Shown here piece after piece: positions 52,420 to 62,702 of a stretch of 64,000 nucleotides of DNA; within the stretch, counting starts at the first letter, position 1, and each line of letters opens with the position of its first letter. This DNA is from an uncultured bacterium (GTDB lineage Bacteria; Gemmatimonadota; Gemmatimonadetes; Longimicrobiales; RSA9), in contig CALCID010000008.1 in assembly GCA_937907535.1 (NCBI GenBank), positions 15,393 through 79,392 of the forward strand, written 5' to 3'. The translations under genes and the position numbers were made by a program. The notes beneath the pieces are model-generated. The model worked only from the letters and a program-made list of their open reading frames with translations, made no database searches and was not told where the DNA came from.

Positions 52420-53630
52420 GGCCTTAGCAGCGCGAAGATCTCCGCCTGCGGATCGGGCGTGGTCACCTCCGGACCGTTCTCGCCCATGTACACGTTGATC
52501 TCGCTCCGCATCCCGACATCCCCGGGGAGGTAGATCCCCGGCTCGATGGAGAAGCCGACGCCCGGGATCAGGTGCCGGACCTCCCGCGTCTCCAGGTTGT
52601 CGATGTTCGGGCCCATGCCGTGAACCTCGGCATCGATCGAGTGTCCCGTGCGGTGGATGAACGCGTCCCCGTACCCGCGCTCCACGATCACCCCCCGGCA
52701 GACATCGTCCACCTCGCCTCCCATCACCGCCCGGCCTTCACGCCACGCGGACTGCAAGAATGCAACCGCCGCGTCCCGGGCGGATCGCACGGCGTCCCAC
52801 ACCGGCCGCACCCGCTCCGGGATCTCGGCGCCGAGGTACCCCATCCACGTCTGGTCCGCGTATACCGCGTCGTCCGATTCCTTGCCCCACAGGTCGATGA
52901 GGAGCAGTTCGCCCTCACGGATCGGCGCGCCCCGCTCCGGCGTCGCGTAGTGCGGGTCCGCCGCATTCGCGCCCACCGCCACGATGCTGTCCGCGCCGAC
53001 CCCGGCGCCCAGCTCTCCGAGCCGCCTCAGGAGCCACGCCCGAAGCGCGCCCTCCGTCAGCTCCTCCCCCGCACGGACCGCCGCCGCCGCCCGCTCGAAG
53101 GCCTCCCGCGCCCCCTGCGCCAGCGCCGCCCCGGCACGCCGATGCGCGGCCAGCGCATCCGCCGACCAGCGCGCATAGAACCGCGTGATCAGGTCGCCGG
53201 ACGAGACCACCTCCACGCCCCGCGACTGGACGAGCTCCACCACGCCCGAAGGCACCAGGTCCAGCGCCGGCACCGCGTCCCGCGGCGAGACCTCCATGGC
53301 CACCCGCCGCCGGCCGCCGAGCACGTCGCTCAACACGCGATCGAGCTCCTTCCACCCCACGTAGCGCGTACGCCGCCACGGCCACCCCTGCCATGGCGCC
53401 TCCTCGATCCCGTGTACCACCGCGACCGGCTCGCCCTCCGCGGGGATCAGGACGAAATACCGCCGGGTCAGGTCCCCCAGACCGAGCAGCCGCCCGGACA
53501 CCGCATTCCGCGCGTGCAGATCGTACAGCAGCCAGCCGTCCAGGCCCAGCTCCCGCAGCGCCGCCTGGATCTCATCGAGTTGCGCCTCGAGCCGCGCGAA
53601 CCCCGCGCCGGCTGCACTCGTCGTCGTCAT
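52416..53630 (-). CDS. M24 family Xaa-Pro aminopeptidase-like protein
   Basis: 404 aa. It has pita-bread fold motifs: GELLLIDLWG, YADQTWMGYLG, FIHRTGHSID, GFSIEPGIY and MRSEINVYM. Confidence 0.9.
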   Translation of the reverse strand: MTTTSAAGAGFARLEAQLDEIQAALRELGLDGWLLYDLHARNAVSGRLLGLGDLTRRYFVLIPAEGEPVAVVHGIEEAPWQGWPWRRTRYVGWKELDRVLSDVLGGRRRVAMEVSPRDAVPALDLVPSGVVELVQSRGVEVVSSGDLITRFYARWSADALAAHRRAGAALAQGAREAFERAAAAVRAGEELTEGALRAWLLRRLGELGAGVGADSIVAVGANAADPHYATPERGAPIREGELLLIDLWGKESDDAVYADQTWMGYLGAEIPERVRPVWDAVRSARDAAVAFLQSAWREGRAVMGGEVDDVCRGVIVERGYGDAFIHRTGHSIDAEVHGMGPNIDNLETREVRHLIPGVGFSIEPGIYLPGDVGMRSEINVYMGENGPEVTTPDPQAEIFALLRP

Positions 53631-53646
53631 GCTCGTTCCCCTCGTT

Positions 53647-54642
53647 TCAGAGCCAGCGTTTCCTGTATGCGTAGACGAGAAAGGCGGCCGAGATCGCGAA
53701 CATTGCCGCCAGCGCGATCCAGAAGCCGTGCGGATGCTCCGCCAACGGTATCGCGCGAAAGTTCATGCCGTACACGCTCGCCACCAGCGTCGGCGGCAGG
53801 ACCACCGTCGCGATCACCGAGAGCGCCTTGATGACCTCGTTCATCCGGTTGGACATCGCGGTCAGGTTCGTCTCCAACGCGGTCGCCATGAGCTCCCGGT
53901 ACAGGTCGATCGCTTCCACCTGCCGGATCACGTGGTCGTAGACGTCCCGGAGGTAGATCTGGGTCGCGGGCCGGAGGTACGGGCACGGCCGGTTCGCCAG
54001 CGTCCCCATCACCTCCCGGGCGGGCGCGAGATGCCGCCGCAAGGCGAGCAGCATCCGCTTCAGCTCGAACACCCGCTGCAACGTCTCCTGCCCCGCTTCC
54101 GTGATGATGATTTCTTCCAACTCCTCCACGAAGTCGTCCACCTCGTCCAGGAGCGGGAAGTAGAGGTCGACGAGCGTGTCGAGCACCACGTAGGCAAGGT
54201 GCCCGGCGCCGCGCTGCATGGGCTCCGGCCCCGCATCCACCCGGGACGCCACCTCCTCGACCGGCTCGGACCGGCCCGCGTGCACGGTCACCAGGTAGTT
54301 CGGCCCGAGGAACAGGTAGAGGTTGACGGACTCGATGTCGTACGGCTCGGGCGTCCACGTGGCGAAGTGGACCGCGCGGACCACGATGAAGAGGTAGCCT
54401 TCGTACTCCTCGACCTTGACCCGGCAGTCCGGCGAACGCGTGTCCTCGATGGCAAGGGGGTGGAAGGCGAACACGTCCTGGAGGAGCGCCCACGCGGTCT
54501 CGTCCCGGGAGTCGATGTCCACCCAGAGCTCGCCGCGGCCACCCCGCACGATGTCCCGGGTCTCGCTCGGATCCAGGGAACGCTGGATCCGGCCGGCGGG
54601 GTCGAGGTACCGGCACCTCAGGCCCGCCACGCCGCCCGTCAC
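53647..54642 (-). CDS. corA: CorA family magnesium/cobalt transporter
   Basis: It has the YGMNF motif and two C-terminal TM helices, ending ...YAYRKRWL. Start chosen at the GTG at 54642, which forms a GTGA overlap with the upstream stop. An in-frame ATG at 54669 is the alternative. Confidence 0.9.
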   Translation of the reverse strand: MTGGVAGLRCRYLDPAGRIQRSLDPSETRDIVRGGRGELWVDIDSRDETAWALLQDVFAFHPLAIEDTRSPDCRVKVEEYEGYLFIVVRAVHFATWTPEPYDIESVNLYLFLGPNYLVTVHAGRSEPVEEVASRVDAGPEPMQRGAGHLAYVVLDTLVDLYFPLLDEVDDFVEELEEIIITEAGQETLQRVFELKRMLLALRRHLAPAREVMGTLANRPCPYLRPATQIYLRDVYDHVIRQVEAIDLYRELMATALETNLTAMSNRMNEVIKALSVIATVVLPPTLVASVYGMNFRAIPLAEHPHGFWIALAAMFAISAAFLVYAYRKRWL

Positions 54643-55466
54643 GGCTCCGGACCCGGCCGCTCCTGCCATTTCTTCCCCGTGATCAACGACATTCCGAGGA
54701 TCCGATCCCGGGTGACCAGCCGCTGCACGACCCGGTCCCTCGTGATGACCTCCCACACCCCGCGCCACCCCCAGCGGCGGACGCCGCGGTACAGGATGGC
54801 CAGCCGCTCCCGCAGCGGGAAGAGGTCCGCCAGCCCGCGGAGCACCAGCGCCTGGCGCAGGACGCTGGCCGAATCCGACCAGTCTTCCACGTACAGATCC
54901 ACGATGCCCGCGTCCCGGAGCATCTGCTTCCACTCCACGAGCAGATAGGGACGCGTGCCCAGGTGGTCCACGATCATCTCGCGGCGCCCCGGGTCCACGT
55001 GCCCCGTCCACACGAGCTGGATCAGGACCACCGTCCCCATCGGGCGGGTGACCCGCGCCAGCTCGCGGATGGCCGCGGCCGGGTCCGGCGCCGAGGACAG
55101 CGGCAGCTCGCCCACCACGACGTCGAACACTGCATCCTGGTAGGGGAGGTCATCCAGCGCGGCCGGCTCGAAATGCAGCCGTTCGGACAGCCCGGCCTGC
55201 TTCGTGAGCTGTGTGGCCCGCTCCGCCAGTTCCGGGTCGGGATCCACGCCCGCGCCCGAAGCGCCCGAGCTTTCCGCGAGATACCGCGCGGTCACGCCGA
55301 GCCCGCACGGCGCGACCAGGAATTCCTTGTCGGGGCCCAATTCGATGAGGTTCGCGATCCGCCGGTACAGCTCGATTCCGCCGGGCGGAAACGTCGGACG
55401 GGTCGTCAGACGCGTCAGGCCCAGGAGCGAAGGGCGATCGGCTTCGTACGAAGGCATGCGGCGCAA
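54639..55466 (-). CDS. Class I SAM-dependent methyltransferase
   Basis: 275 aa. Motif I-like FLVAPCGLGVTARYLA, and FDVVVG...MGTVVLIQL. The substrate is unknown. Confidence 0.75.
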   Translation of the reverse strand: MRRMPSYEADRPSLLGLTRLTTRPTFPPGGIELYRRIANLIELGPDKEFLVAPCGLGVTARYLAESSGASGAGVDPDPELAERATQLTKQAGLSERLHFEPAALDDLPYQDAVFDVVVGELPLSSAPDPAAAIRELARVTRPMGTVVLIQLVWTGHVDPGRREMIVDHLGTRPYLLVEWKQMLRDAGIVDLYVEDWSDSASVLRQALVLRGLADLFPLRERLAILYRGVRRWGWRGVWEVITRDRVVQRLVTRDRILGMSLITGKKWQERPGPEP

Positions 55467-55490
55467 TGTAGACGGCCGCGGTCGGGCAGG

Positions 55491-56465
55491 TCAATCCTGT
55501 GCTTCGAGGCCGGCGAGGGCATGCAGCACGGAAACCACGCCGTGGCCGAGGCGAACGGGCACATAACCACCCTCCAGCACCGCGATCACCCGCCCTTCCG
55601 CACTGTCCGCGGTCCACTCGATGATCCGGCGAGTCATCCGGTGCAGGTCCACGGGCTCCAGCGGGAGTCCGCCGAGAGGGTCGCCGGCCAGACAGTCGAA
55701 TCCCGCAGAGATGAATACGAACTCCGGCCGAAACTCCTCCAGCGTGGCCTCCAGCGCCGAGTCGAACGCCGCGTGGTATTCCTCCCGGGTCGTGCCATGG
55801 CCGAGCGGCACGTTCCGGGTCGTGCCGAGCCCCTTCCCCCGCCCCCGTTCCCCCACGGCGCCCGTGCCCGGGTAGTGCGGGCTCAGATGCAGCGAGAGGA
55901 AGTAGACGCTCGGGTCCTCGTAGAAGATGTCCTGGGTGCCGTTCCCGTGGTGCACGTCCCAGTCCACGATCAGCACCCGACCCGCCCCCCGCCGCCGCTG
56001 CACCCACCGGGCCGCGACCGCCACGTTGTTGAACAGGCAGAACCCCATCGCCCGGTTCGGCGTGGCGTGATGGCCCGGCGGCCGGGACGCGGCGAACGCC
56101 GTGGACGCCGCGCCATCCGCGACCAGCGCCGCGGCCGTCACCGCGCACCCCGCGGCCGCCAGCGCCGCGGACCACGACGCCGGCGAGACCAGCGTGTCGG
56201 CGTCCAGCTGCACCGGCTCGCCCGGACGCGCCGCGTTCGCGGCCTCCCGGACCGCGTCCACCAGGGCCCGCTCGTGCACCCGGAGGAGATCCTCCTCCGA
56301 GACCGGCTCCGCCTCCTGCTGCAGCAACACCGGCAACAGGACCGGCATCTCCCGCTCAATGGCCCGCACCACGGCAGGGAGCCGACCCTGATGCTCAGGG
56401 TGGCCCCAGCCGGTGTCGTGCAGCGCGCAGTCGGAATGCAGCACGAACGCCGACGGGTATGCCAT
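55491..56465 (-). CDS. Histone deacetylase-family (acetoin utilisation / acetylpolyamine amidohydrolase-like) enzyme
   Basis: 324 aa. It contains RPPGHHA, GFCLFNNVAVAA, IVDWDVHHGNGTQDIFY, SAGFDCLAGDPLG and LEGGY. Confidence 0.9.
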   Translation of the reverse strand: MAYPSAFVLHSDCALHDTGWGHPEHQGRLPAVVRAIEREMPVLLPVLLQQEAEPVSEEDLLRVHERALVDAVREAANAARPGEPVQLDADTLVSPASWSAALAAAGCAVTAAALVADGAASTAFAASRPPGHHATPNRAMGFCLFNNVAVAARWVQRRRGAGRVLIVDWDVHHGNGTQDIFYEDPSVYFLSLHLSPHYPGTGAVGERGRGKGLGTTRNVPLGHGTTREEYHAAFDSALEATLEEFRPEFVFISAGFDCLAGDPLGGLPLEPVDLHRMTRRIIEWTADSAEGRVIAVLEGGYVPVRLGHGVVSVLHALAGLEAQD

Positions 56466-56523
56466 CCTGTTCTCCGGGACCTCGTGGGCGAGGCGGCCGG
56501 GAGCGGCCGGCCCGCCCGCCTCC

Positions 56524-59500
56524 TCAGACCGCGGCGGGCTCGCGGGAATCCGGCTCCCGCGCCGCGCTGAACCGCTCCTGGAGACTGCGCACCTCCCGCC
56601 GACGCGAGCGCAGCGCGATCACCGCATCGCAGGCCGCGGACGCCGCCGAGAGCGTCGTGCAGTACGGGATCTTGTGGGCGATCGCCGCGCGCCGCATGGC
56701 GTAGTCGTCGTACTGGGACTTCTTGCCGAGCGGCGTGTTGATCAGCAGGTCGATCCCGCGGCTGATCATCGCGTCGACGAGGTTCGGACGGCCCTCCCCG
56801 ACCTTGAAGATCCGCTCCACCGGGATCCCCCGCGCCGACAGGTACCGCGCGGTCCCCTCCGTCGCCAGGATCTTGAACCCGAGCTCGTGGAAGCGCCTCA
56901 CGATCACCGTGGCCAGCGGCTTGTCCGCGTCGTTCACCGTGACCGCGATCACGCCCTCCGTGGGAAGCGGCGCGCCCGCCGAGATCTCCGCCTTCGCGAA
57001 CGCCATCCCGAACGACTCGTCGAAGCCCATGACCTCGCCCGTCGACCGCATCTCCGGCCCGAGCAACACGTCCACTTCGAACTTGTTGAACGGGAAGACC
57101 GCTTCCTTGACCGCCACGCCCGGCACCCGGTAGTCCGCGCCCGACCAGACCGCGTCCTCGTCCGGCGGCGGCAGCACCTCGGCCAGCCGCTTGCCCGCCA
57201 TGATCCTCGCCGCCGCCCGCGCGAACTGGATCCCCGTGGCCTTGGACACGAACGGCACCGTCCGGGACGCGCGCGGGTTCACCTCCAGCACGTAGACCAC
57301 GCCGTCCTTGATCGCGTACTGCACGTTCATGAGCCCGACCACGCCCAGCTCCTCCGCGAACCGGAGCGTCAGCCGCCGGATCTCTTCGAGCTCCAGGTCC
57401 TTGAGCCGGAACGGCGGCAGCACGCACGCCGAGTCACCCGAGTGCACGCCCGCGCCCTCGATGTGCTGCATGACGCCGGCGATCACCGCGCGCTCACCGT
57501 CCGCCACCGCGTCCACGTCCGCCTCGAACGCGTCCTCGATGAACCGGTCGATCAGCACCGGATGGTCCGGCGACGCCCGCACCGCCCGTTCGAAGTAGTC
57601 GAGCAGCGACGCCTCGTCGTACACGATCTCCATCGCCCGGCCGCCGAGCACGTACGACGGCCGGACCAGCACCGGATACCCGACCCGGGCCGCCACCGCC
57701 AGCGCCTCTCCCGTGCTCGTCGCGATCCCGTTCGGCGGCACCGTGGCCCCCAGCTTCCGGCAGAGCGCCGCGAACCGGTCCCGGTCCTCCGCCCGGTCGA
57801 TCGCATCCACGCTCGTCCCCAGGATCCGTACGCCCGCCTCCGCCAGCGGCTTCGCCAGCTTGAGCGGCGTCTGCCCCCCGAGCTGCACGATCACCCCGAC
57901 CGGCTTCTCCCGGTCCACGATCTCCAACACGTCCTCGAGCGTCAGCGGCTCGAAGTACAGCTTGTCCGAGACGTCGAAGTCCGTGGACACCGTCTCCGGG
58001 TTCGAGTTCACCATGATCGTCTCGAACCCGTCCTCCCGCAGCGCGAGCGCGGCCTGCACGCAGCAGTAGTCGAACTCGATCCCCTGCCCGATCCGGTTCG
58101 GCCCGCTCCCCAGGATCACGACCTTCGGCCGATCGCTCGGCGGCGCCTCGCTCTCCTCCTCGTATGACGAGTACAGGTACGGCGTGGCCGCCGGGAACTC
58201 GCCCGCGCACGTGTCCACCATGTGGTACGTGGGCCGGATCCCCAGCACCTGCCGCCGCTCCCGCACCGCCCGCTCGCTCTCGCCCCGCAGCTTCCCCAGG
58301 TGCTTGTCGCTGAAGCCGAGCCGCTTCATGTACAGCAGCTCTTCGTACCCGACCTCCCGCAGGTCCCGGTACATCCGCTCCGCGTCCACCAGCTCCTTGA
58401 GCTGCGTCAGGAACCAGGGGTCGATGTTCGTCAGCTCGTGCAGCTCCTCGATGGAGAAGCCCGCCATGAGCGCCCGCTTGAGCTGGAACGGCCGCTCCGC
58501 GGTCGGCCGCCGGAGCGCGCTCCGGAGCGCCTCGACCGAGTCGTCGGGCAGCCCGTCGTCCTGCGGGCGAGCGCCCGTCTCCCACCCCGCCCGGTCGATC
58601 TCCAGGCCCCGGAGCCCCTTCTGCCACGCCTGCTTGAAGGTCCGCCCGATGGCCATGACCTCCCCGACCGCCTTCATCTGCACGCCGAGCGTCGGGTCCG
58701 CGGTCGGGAACTTCTCGAACGCGAAGCGCGGGAACTTGACCACCACGTAGTCCAGCACCGGTTCGAACGAGGCCGGCGTGCTCTTCGTGATGTCGTTCGG
58801 CAGCTCGTCCAGCCGGTAGCCCACCGCGAGCTTCGCGCCGATCCGCGCGATCGGGAAGCCCGTGGCCTTCGACGCCAGCGCCGAGGACCGCGAGACCCGG
58901 GGGTTCATCTCGACCACCAGCATCTCGCCGTCCTTCGGGTTCACCGCGAACTGGATGTTGCACCCGCCGGCCGCCACGCCGATCTCGCGGATGATGGCGA
59001 TCGCCGCATCCCGCATCCGCTGGTATTCGACGTCGCTCAACGTGAGCGCCGGCGCCACCGTGATCGAGTCCCCGGTATGCACGCCCATCGGGTCGAAGTT
59101 CTCGATGGAGCACACGATGACCACGTTGTCCGCGCCATCGCGCATGACCTCCAGCTCGAACTCCTTCCACCCGATGATCGAGCGGTCGATCAGGACCTCC
59201 CCGATCGGCGACTGCTCGAGTCCGCGGCGGACCGTTTCCTTCAGCTCCTCCACGTTGTAGGCGATCCCGCCGCCCGTGCCGCCGAGGGTGAAGGACGGGC
59301 GCACGATGGCCGGGTAGCCGGTCCCCTCCACGATGCGCAGCGCGTCGTCGATGGAGCGCGCGAACCCGCCGGTCGGCACCTTGAGCCCGATCCGTCTCAT
59401 GGCCGCCGCGAATTCCTCGCGGTTCTCGGCCTTCCGGATCGCGCGCGCGTCCGCGCCGATCATTTCGACGCCGTACTTGTCCAGCACGCCGGCATCATAG

Positions 59501-59805
59501 AGCTCCAGCGCGACGTTCAGGGCGGTCTGGCCGCCCATGGTCGGGAGCAGCGCATCCGGCCGCTCCCGCTCGATGATCCGCTCGACCCACTCGGCGGTGA
59601 TGGGCTCGATGTACGTCCGATCGGCCAGCTCGGGGTCGGTCATGATGGTGGCCGGGTTGCTGTTCACCAGCACCACCCGGTACCCCTCTTCCTTGAGGGC
59701 CCGAGCCGCCTGTGTACCCGAATAGTCGAACTCGCACGCCTGCCCGATCACGATCGGGCCCGAGCCGAGCAACAAGATCGTGTGAAGGTCGTCCCGACGA
59801 GGCAC
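56524..59805 (-). CDS. carB: Carbamoyl-phosphate synthase large subunit
   Basis: 1093 aa with a GTG start. The N-terminus is [33 protein letters not shown]. It has duplicated ATP-grasp halves and an MGS-like C-terminus. Confidence 0.97.
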   Translation of the reverse strand: MPRRDDLHTILLLGSGPIVIGQACEFDYSGTQAARALKEEGYRVVLVNSNPATIMTDPELADRTYIEPITAEWVERIIERERPDALLPTMGGQTALNVALELYDAGVLDKYGVEMIGADARAIRKAENREEFAAAMRRIGLKVPTGGFARSIDDALRIVEGTGYPAIVRPSFTLGGTGGGIAYNVEELKETVRRGLEQSPIGEVLIDRSIIGWKEFELEVMRDGADNVVIVCSIENFDPMGVHTGDSITVAPALTLSDVEYQRMRDAAIAIIREIGVAAGGCNIQFAVNPKDGEMLVVEMNPRVSRSSALASKATGFPIARIGAKLAVGYRLDELPNDITKSTPASFEPVLDYVVVKFPRFAFEKFPTADPTLGVQMKAVGEVMAIGRTFKQAWQKGLRGLEIDRAGWETGARPQDDGLPDDSVEALRSALRRPTAERPFQLKRALMAGFSIEELHELTNIDPWFLTQLKELVDAERMYRDLREVGYEELLYMKRLGFSDKHLGKLRGESERAVRERRQVLGIRPTYHMVDTCAGEFPAATPYLYSSYEEESEAPPSDRPKVVILGSGPNRIGQGIEFDYCCVQAALALREDGFETIMVNSNPETVSTDFDVSDKLYFEPLTLEDVLEIVDREKPVGVIVQLGGQTPLKLAKPLAEAGVRILGTSVDAIDRAEDRDRFAALCRKLGATVPPNGIATSTGEALAVAARVGYPVLVRPSYVLGGRAMEIVYDEASLLDYFERAVRASPDHPVLIDRFIEDAFEADVDAVADGERAVIAGVMQHIEGAGVHSGDSACVLPPFRLKDLELEEIRRLTLRFAEELGVVGLMNVQYAIKDGVVYVLEVNPRASRTVPFVSKATGIQFARAAARIMAGKRLAEVLPPPDEDAVWSGADYRVPGVAVKEAVFPFNKFEVDVLLGPEMRSTGEVMGFDESFGMAFAKAEISAGAPLPTEGVIAVTVNDADKPLATVIVRRFHELGFKILATEGTARYLSARGIPVERIFKVGEGRPNLVDAMISRGIDLLINTPLGKKSQYDDYAMRRAAIAHKIPYCTTLSAASAACDAVIALRSRRREVRSLQERFSAAREPDSREPAAV

Positions 59806-60394
59806 GGCCGGTTCAGCTCGCGTTCTGGTTGTTGGACTCTCCGCGGAACACTCGATCCGCGGTCGGGGCGGAGCCGCCCCACACGACGCCGGAAAGGATG
59901 GTGGGGGTGGGGATTGCGGTGGGTACCATTCCTTCTCACCAGCGATGGGTATCGTATCCAGAGTCGTTCAAATTTGGATGAGGACAGGGCTTGGCGCAAG
60001 GTGGGGTAGCGCGCGCTCGGGCGCGGGAGGCCGCGTGTCGCGCCAGGGATTCAGGCCGGACCGCCGCCCCGGGACCGATATCGGGACCGAGGCAGAAGAC
60101 CGATCGGCCGAGGCGCCGAGCACACCGCCGCGAGTTCGGATTCCGCCCGGTGGCGGGCGTGTCGACGGTGTCTGCCGCAGCCGACGTCGCCTGACTGCAT
60201 ACCGATGGCCGACCGGGGAGTACGCTGTGGAGCCGAGCCGCAATGACGCCGACCCATTGCGAATCTGCTCCCGCCCCGAACGAACCGCACCGGAAATCGG
60301 CGGATCCCACGGGCGCACTCCGTCACCGGCCGCGAATCACCGGTCCCATTGAACCATGCGTACCCCGGCCTCGTGGAAGACCCACGAGAATTTC

Positions 60395-60423
60395 GGGCTC
60401 CGGCGTCGAGTCCGCCGGAGCCC
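60395..60423 (-). terminator. Hairpin after the lipoprotein gene
   Basis: An 11-bp stem (gggctccggcg / cgccggagccc) with a 7-nt loop, 15 nt downstream of the stop at 60438. The U-tract on the minus strand is poor (GAAATTCTCG). Confidence 0.35.
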
Positions 60424-60437
60424 GCGCCCAGGTGCGC

Positions 60438-62246
60438 TCAGTGCCGTCGCGGTGGCGCCAGCGGCAACTCCTTGATCCTCTCGGGCGGCTCGAGCCGCGC
60501 CGCGGCCGCCGCCGGGAGCTTCATCACCGAATGGATCGTGCGCGGCATGAGGGTGAACGGGCTCCCCGGCGCCGGCGTGGCCGTGATCTCGAGAGAGTAA
60601 GGCCCGGCTCCGTGCCCCATCTCCCTCGCCACCATCATGTAGCGCCCCGCGGGCACGGTCGCCGACAACGTCCGAGTGGTGCCCGTACCGACGCTGACCC
60701 CGACGACGAAACCGAGATTCGCATTGACGGTGGCCTTGAACACATCCACCGTGTCCGTGCGCAGCAGCACCAGCTCCATCTCCTGGGGCGCGCCGGTGAC
60801 CGTCGCCTCGACCAGCGAGGGCTCGGCCAGGTCGAACGCGTAGTAATCCACCGCCCACCGGTTCTCCGTGCTGAGCGCCGTCTCGGCGAACGGGAGCGTG
60901 ATCGGCGTGGGCGAGGCCTCCTGCGGAATGTCGTTCGGCTCGAACCCGTCGGGCGGATTCTCGAAGCTCGTCAGCGGCAGGAACATCAGCCCGTAGGCCA
61001 TGCGCGCCAGCTCCCCGGACGGCCCCGCGCCGGCGAGCCTCAGGCCGTAAATGCCGGGCGGCAACCCGGGATGCGAATACGTCACGCTGTCCACGTACGT
61101 GCCGAGCACCGGGTCCAGGGTCCAGAGCTGCGCACCCACGTCGAACGCCGACAGGGTCGGTCCGGGCCGGAAGCGGAACAGGTACGCGAAGATCGTCCGG
61201 GACGCGTTCGGCGGGCCGCGATGGTAGAGGCGGATCATCATCGGCGTCGTTTCCTCGAGCTCGAAGCCGACGTACTTGAACTGGCCCGCCGGTACCATCA
61301 GCGACGGGTTCGAGTACGTGGTCGGCACGAGCCACAGGGTGCAGGTGCCGTCCGGTGGGCAGCCGACGAAAATGTCGTCATCCGCCGTGCGCTGGAAATG
61401 GCGGCTCGTCGTGAACGAATCCGTCGGCGTGGCGAAGTGGAGCGGACCGGACACCGCGTCCACCGGTACCCAGACGTAGTACCGCTCCGGGGTTGATCCC
61501 AGGATGTGGGCAGGGATGCGGGACCCGCTCGGCCCCGTGAAGTACACCTGCGCATCCACCGGCAGCCCCTGCCCCTCGATTGCGATGTCGCTGCCGTAAC
61601 GTCCGGTGTCGGGTGAAAGTGCCGTGACCGGGGTGACCCGCAGGTCCTTCGTCCCCTTGACCCCGTTCCACGCCTCGGCCTCGATCCGGGCCGGTCCGGG
61701 GACCACGCCGGTGACACGGCCATTGGATTGCAATGTGATGCCGCCCGAAACCACCCGCCACGTGAATTCGACGCCGGTGAGCGGTCGCCCCTCCGCGTCG
61801 AACGCCTGTGCGCTGTACTGGACGGAGTGGTTCAGGTCCACGTACGGGCTCGTGGGGAAGATCCCGATGCTCGCGACCGGCGGCCCCGCCACGTTGACCG
61901 CTGCCCGCCCCGCCACGCCGCTCACGCTCACCGGCTCCGCCACGATCTCCGCCGTGCCGTACTCGACGCCCGTGACCACGCCGAGCGTGTCCACGGTGGC
62001 CACGCTCGGGGTCTCCGAACGCCAGTGGAACTTGACGCCGGGCACGAGACTCCCCTCCCGGTACGCGCGCGCCTCCAGCGCCAGGGTCGCGCCCCGGTCG
62101 ACCCGGAGCTCAGAGCTCCCCGAGGTCGTCACGATCTCGACGGCATCGATCGGGCGCTCCTCCGGACTCGAGCTGTCGCCACAACCGCCAATGGCCACCA
62201 GGAGCACGGCGAACATCTTGCCGGTGTCACGGGCGATCTTCGACAC
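60438..62246 (-). CDS. Surface lipoprotein with Big_2-like, IPT/TIG-like and PPC (pre-peptidase C-terminal)-like domains
   Basis: 602 aa with lipobox LLVAIGGCG. It has two Big_2-like units (ATVDTLGVVTGVEYGTAEIVA and SNGRVTGVVPGPARIEAEA). The PPC-like tail reads FEPNDIPQEA...AVDYYAFDL...VPAGRYMMVAR...GPYSLEITA. The alternative start is the ATG at 62216. Confidence 0.75.
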   Translation of the reverse strand: MSKIARDTGKMFAVLLVAIGGCGDSSSPEERPIDAVEIVTTSGSSELRVDRGATLALEARAYREGSLVPGVKFHWRSETPSVATVDTLGVVTGVEYGTAEIVAEPVSVSGVAGRAAVNVAGPPVASIGIFPTSPYVDLNHSVQYSAQAFDAEGRPLTGVEFTWRVVSGGITLQSNGRVTGVVPGPARIEAEAWNGVKGTKDLRVTPVTALSPDTGRYGSDIAIEGQGLPVDAQVYFTGPSGSRIPAHILGSTPERYYVWVPVDAVSGPLHFATPTDSFTTSRHFQRTADDDIFVGCPPDGTCTLWLVPTTYSNPSLMVPAGQFKYVGFELEETTPMMIRLYHRGPPNASRTIFAYLFRFRPGPTLSAFDVGAQLWTLDPVLGTYVDSVTYSHPGLPPGIYGLRLAGAGPSGELARMAYGLMFLPLTSFENPPDGFEPNDIPQEASPTPITLPFAETALSTENRWAVDYYAFDLAEPSLVEATVTGAPQEMELVLLRTDTVDVFKATVNANLGFVVGVSVGTGTTRTLSATVPAGRYMMVAREMGHGAGPYSLEITATPAPGSPFTLMPRTIHSVMKLPAAAAARLEPPERIKELPLAPPRRH

Positions 62247-62294
62247 GGCAACCTCCTTGAGAGAGCGCAGAGGGACGATCGGCTTCCTTCGATC

Positions 62295-62702
62295 TCAACG
62301 TATCAGGCTCACTCGATACCCCGCGAGCGAACCGCGCAGCTCGTTGTTGCCGTCGGCGACCTGCAGGAGCACCGCGGACAGCATCGGCGCTCCGAGGTCC
62401 CTCACCTCCACCTGGAACCTCAGCTCGCCGGGCTCGTCCCGGACGACGACCACCCGGGACGTGTTCCTCTCCACCCGGGCGACGAAGACCCGCGCATCCG
62501 CGGATCGGGCCCCCTCGATCCCCGAGCCCGTGAGCTGGACCACCGCCGCCCCCTCCGGCCCGTTCGGGGATTCGATCACAACCTCGTAGACGCCCGGGCC
62601 GCCCGGCCCGTCCGGGTCGTCGCACCCCGCCCCGGCCAACCCGAGGGACGCGGCAAGCAGCGCACCCCGCAACACAGCCCGTACCGACGCCCCACGGATC
62701 AT
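62295..62702 (-). CDS. Small lipoprotein (135 aa)
   Basis: MIRGASVRAVLRGALLAASLGLAGAGCDDP, containing a lipobox. Its ATG overlaps the upstream stop (ATGA). The longer track ORF (to 63587) is out of frame with the upstream gene and is rejected. Confidence 0.6.
   Translation of the reverse strand: MIRGASVRAVLRGALLAASLGLAGAGCDDPDGPGGPGVYEVVIESPNGPEGAAVVQLTGSGIEGARSADARVFVARVERNTSRVVVVRDEPGELRFQVEVRDLGAPMLSAVLLQVADGNNELRGSLAGYRVSLIR

Noticed and set aside
54670-55011. N-terminal extension of the corA ORF
   Set aside because: It overlaps the methyltransferase gene out of frame, and the CorA-like sequence starts later.
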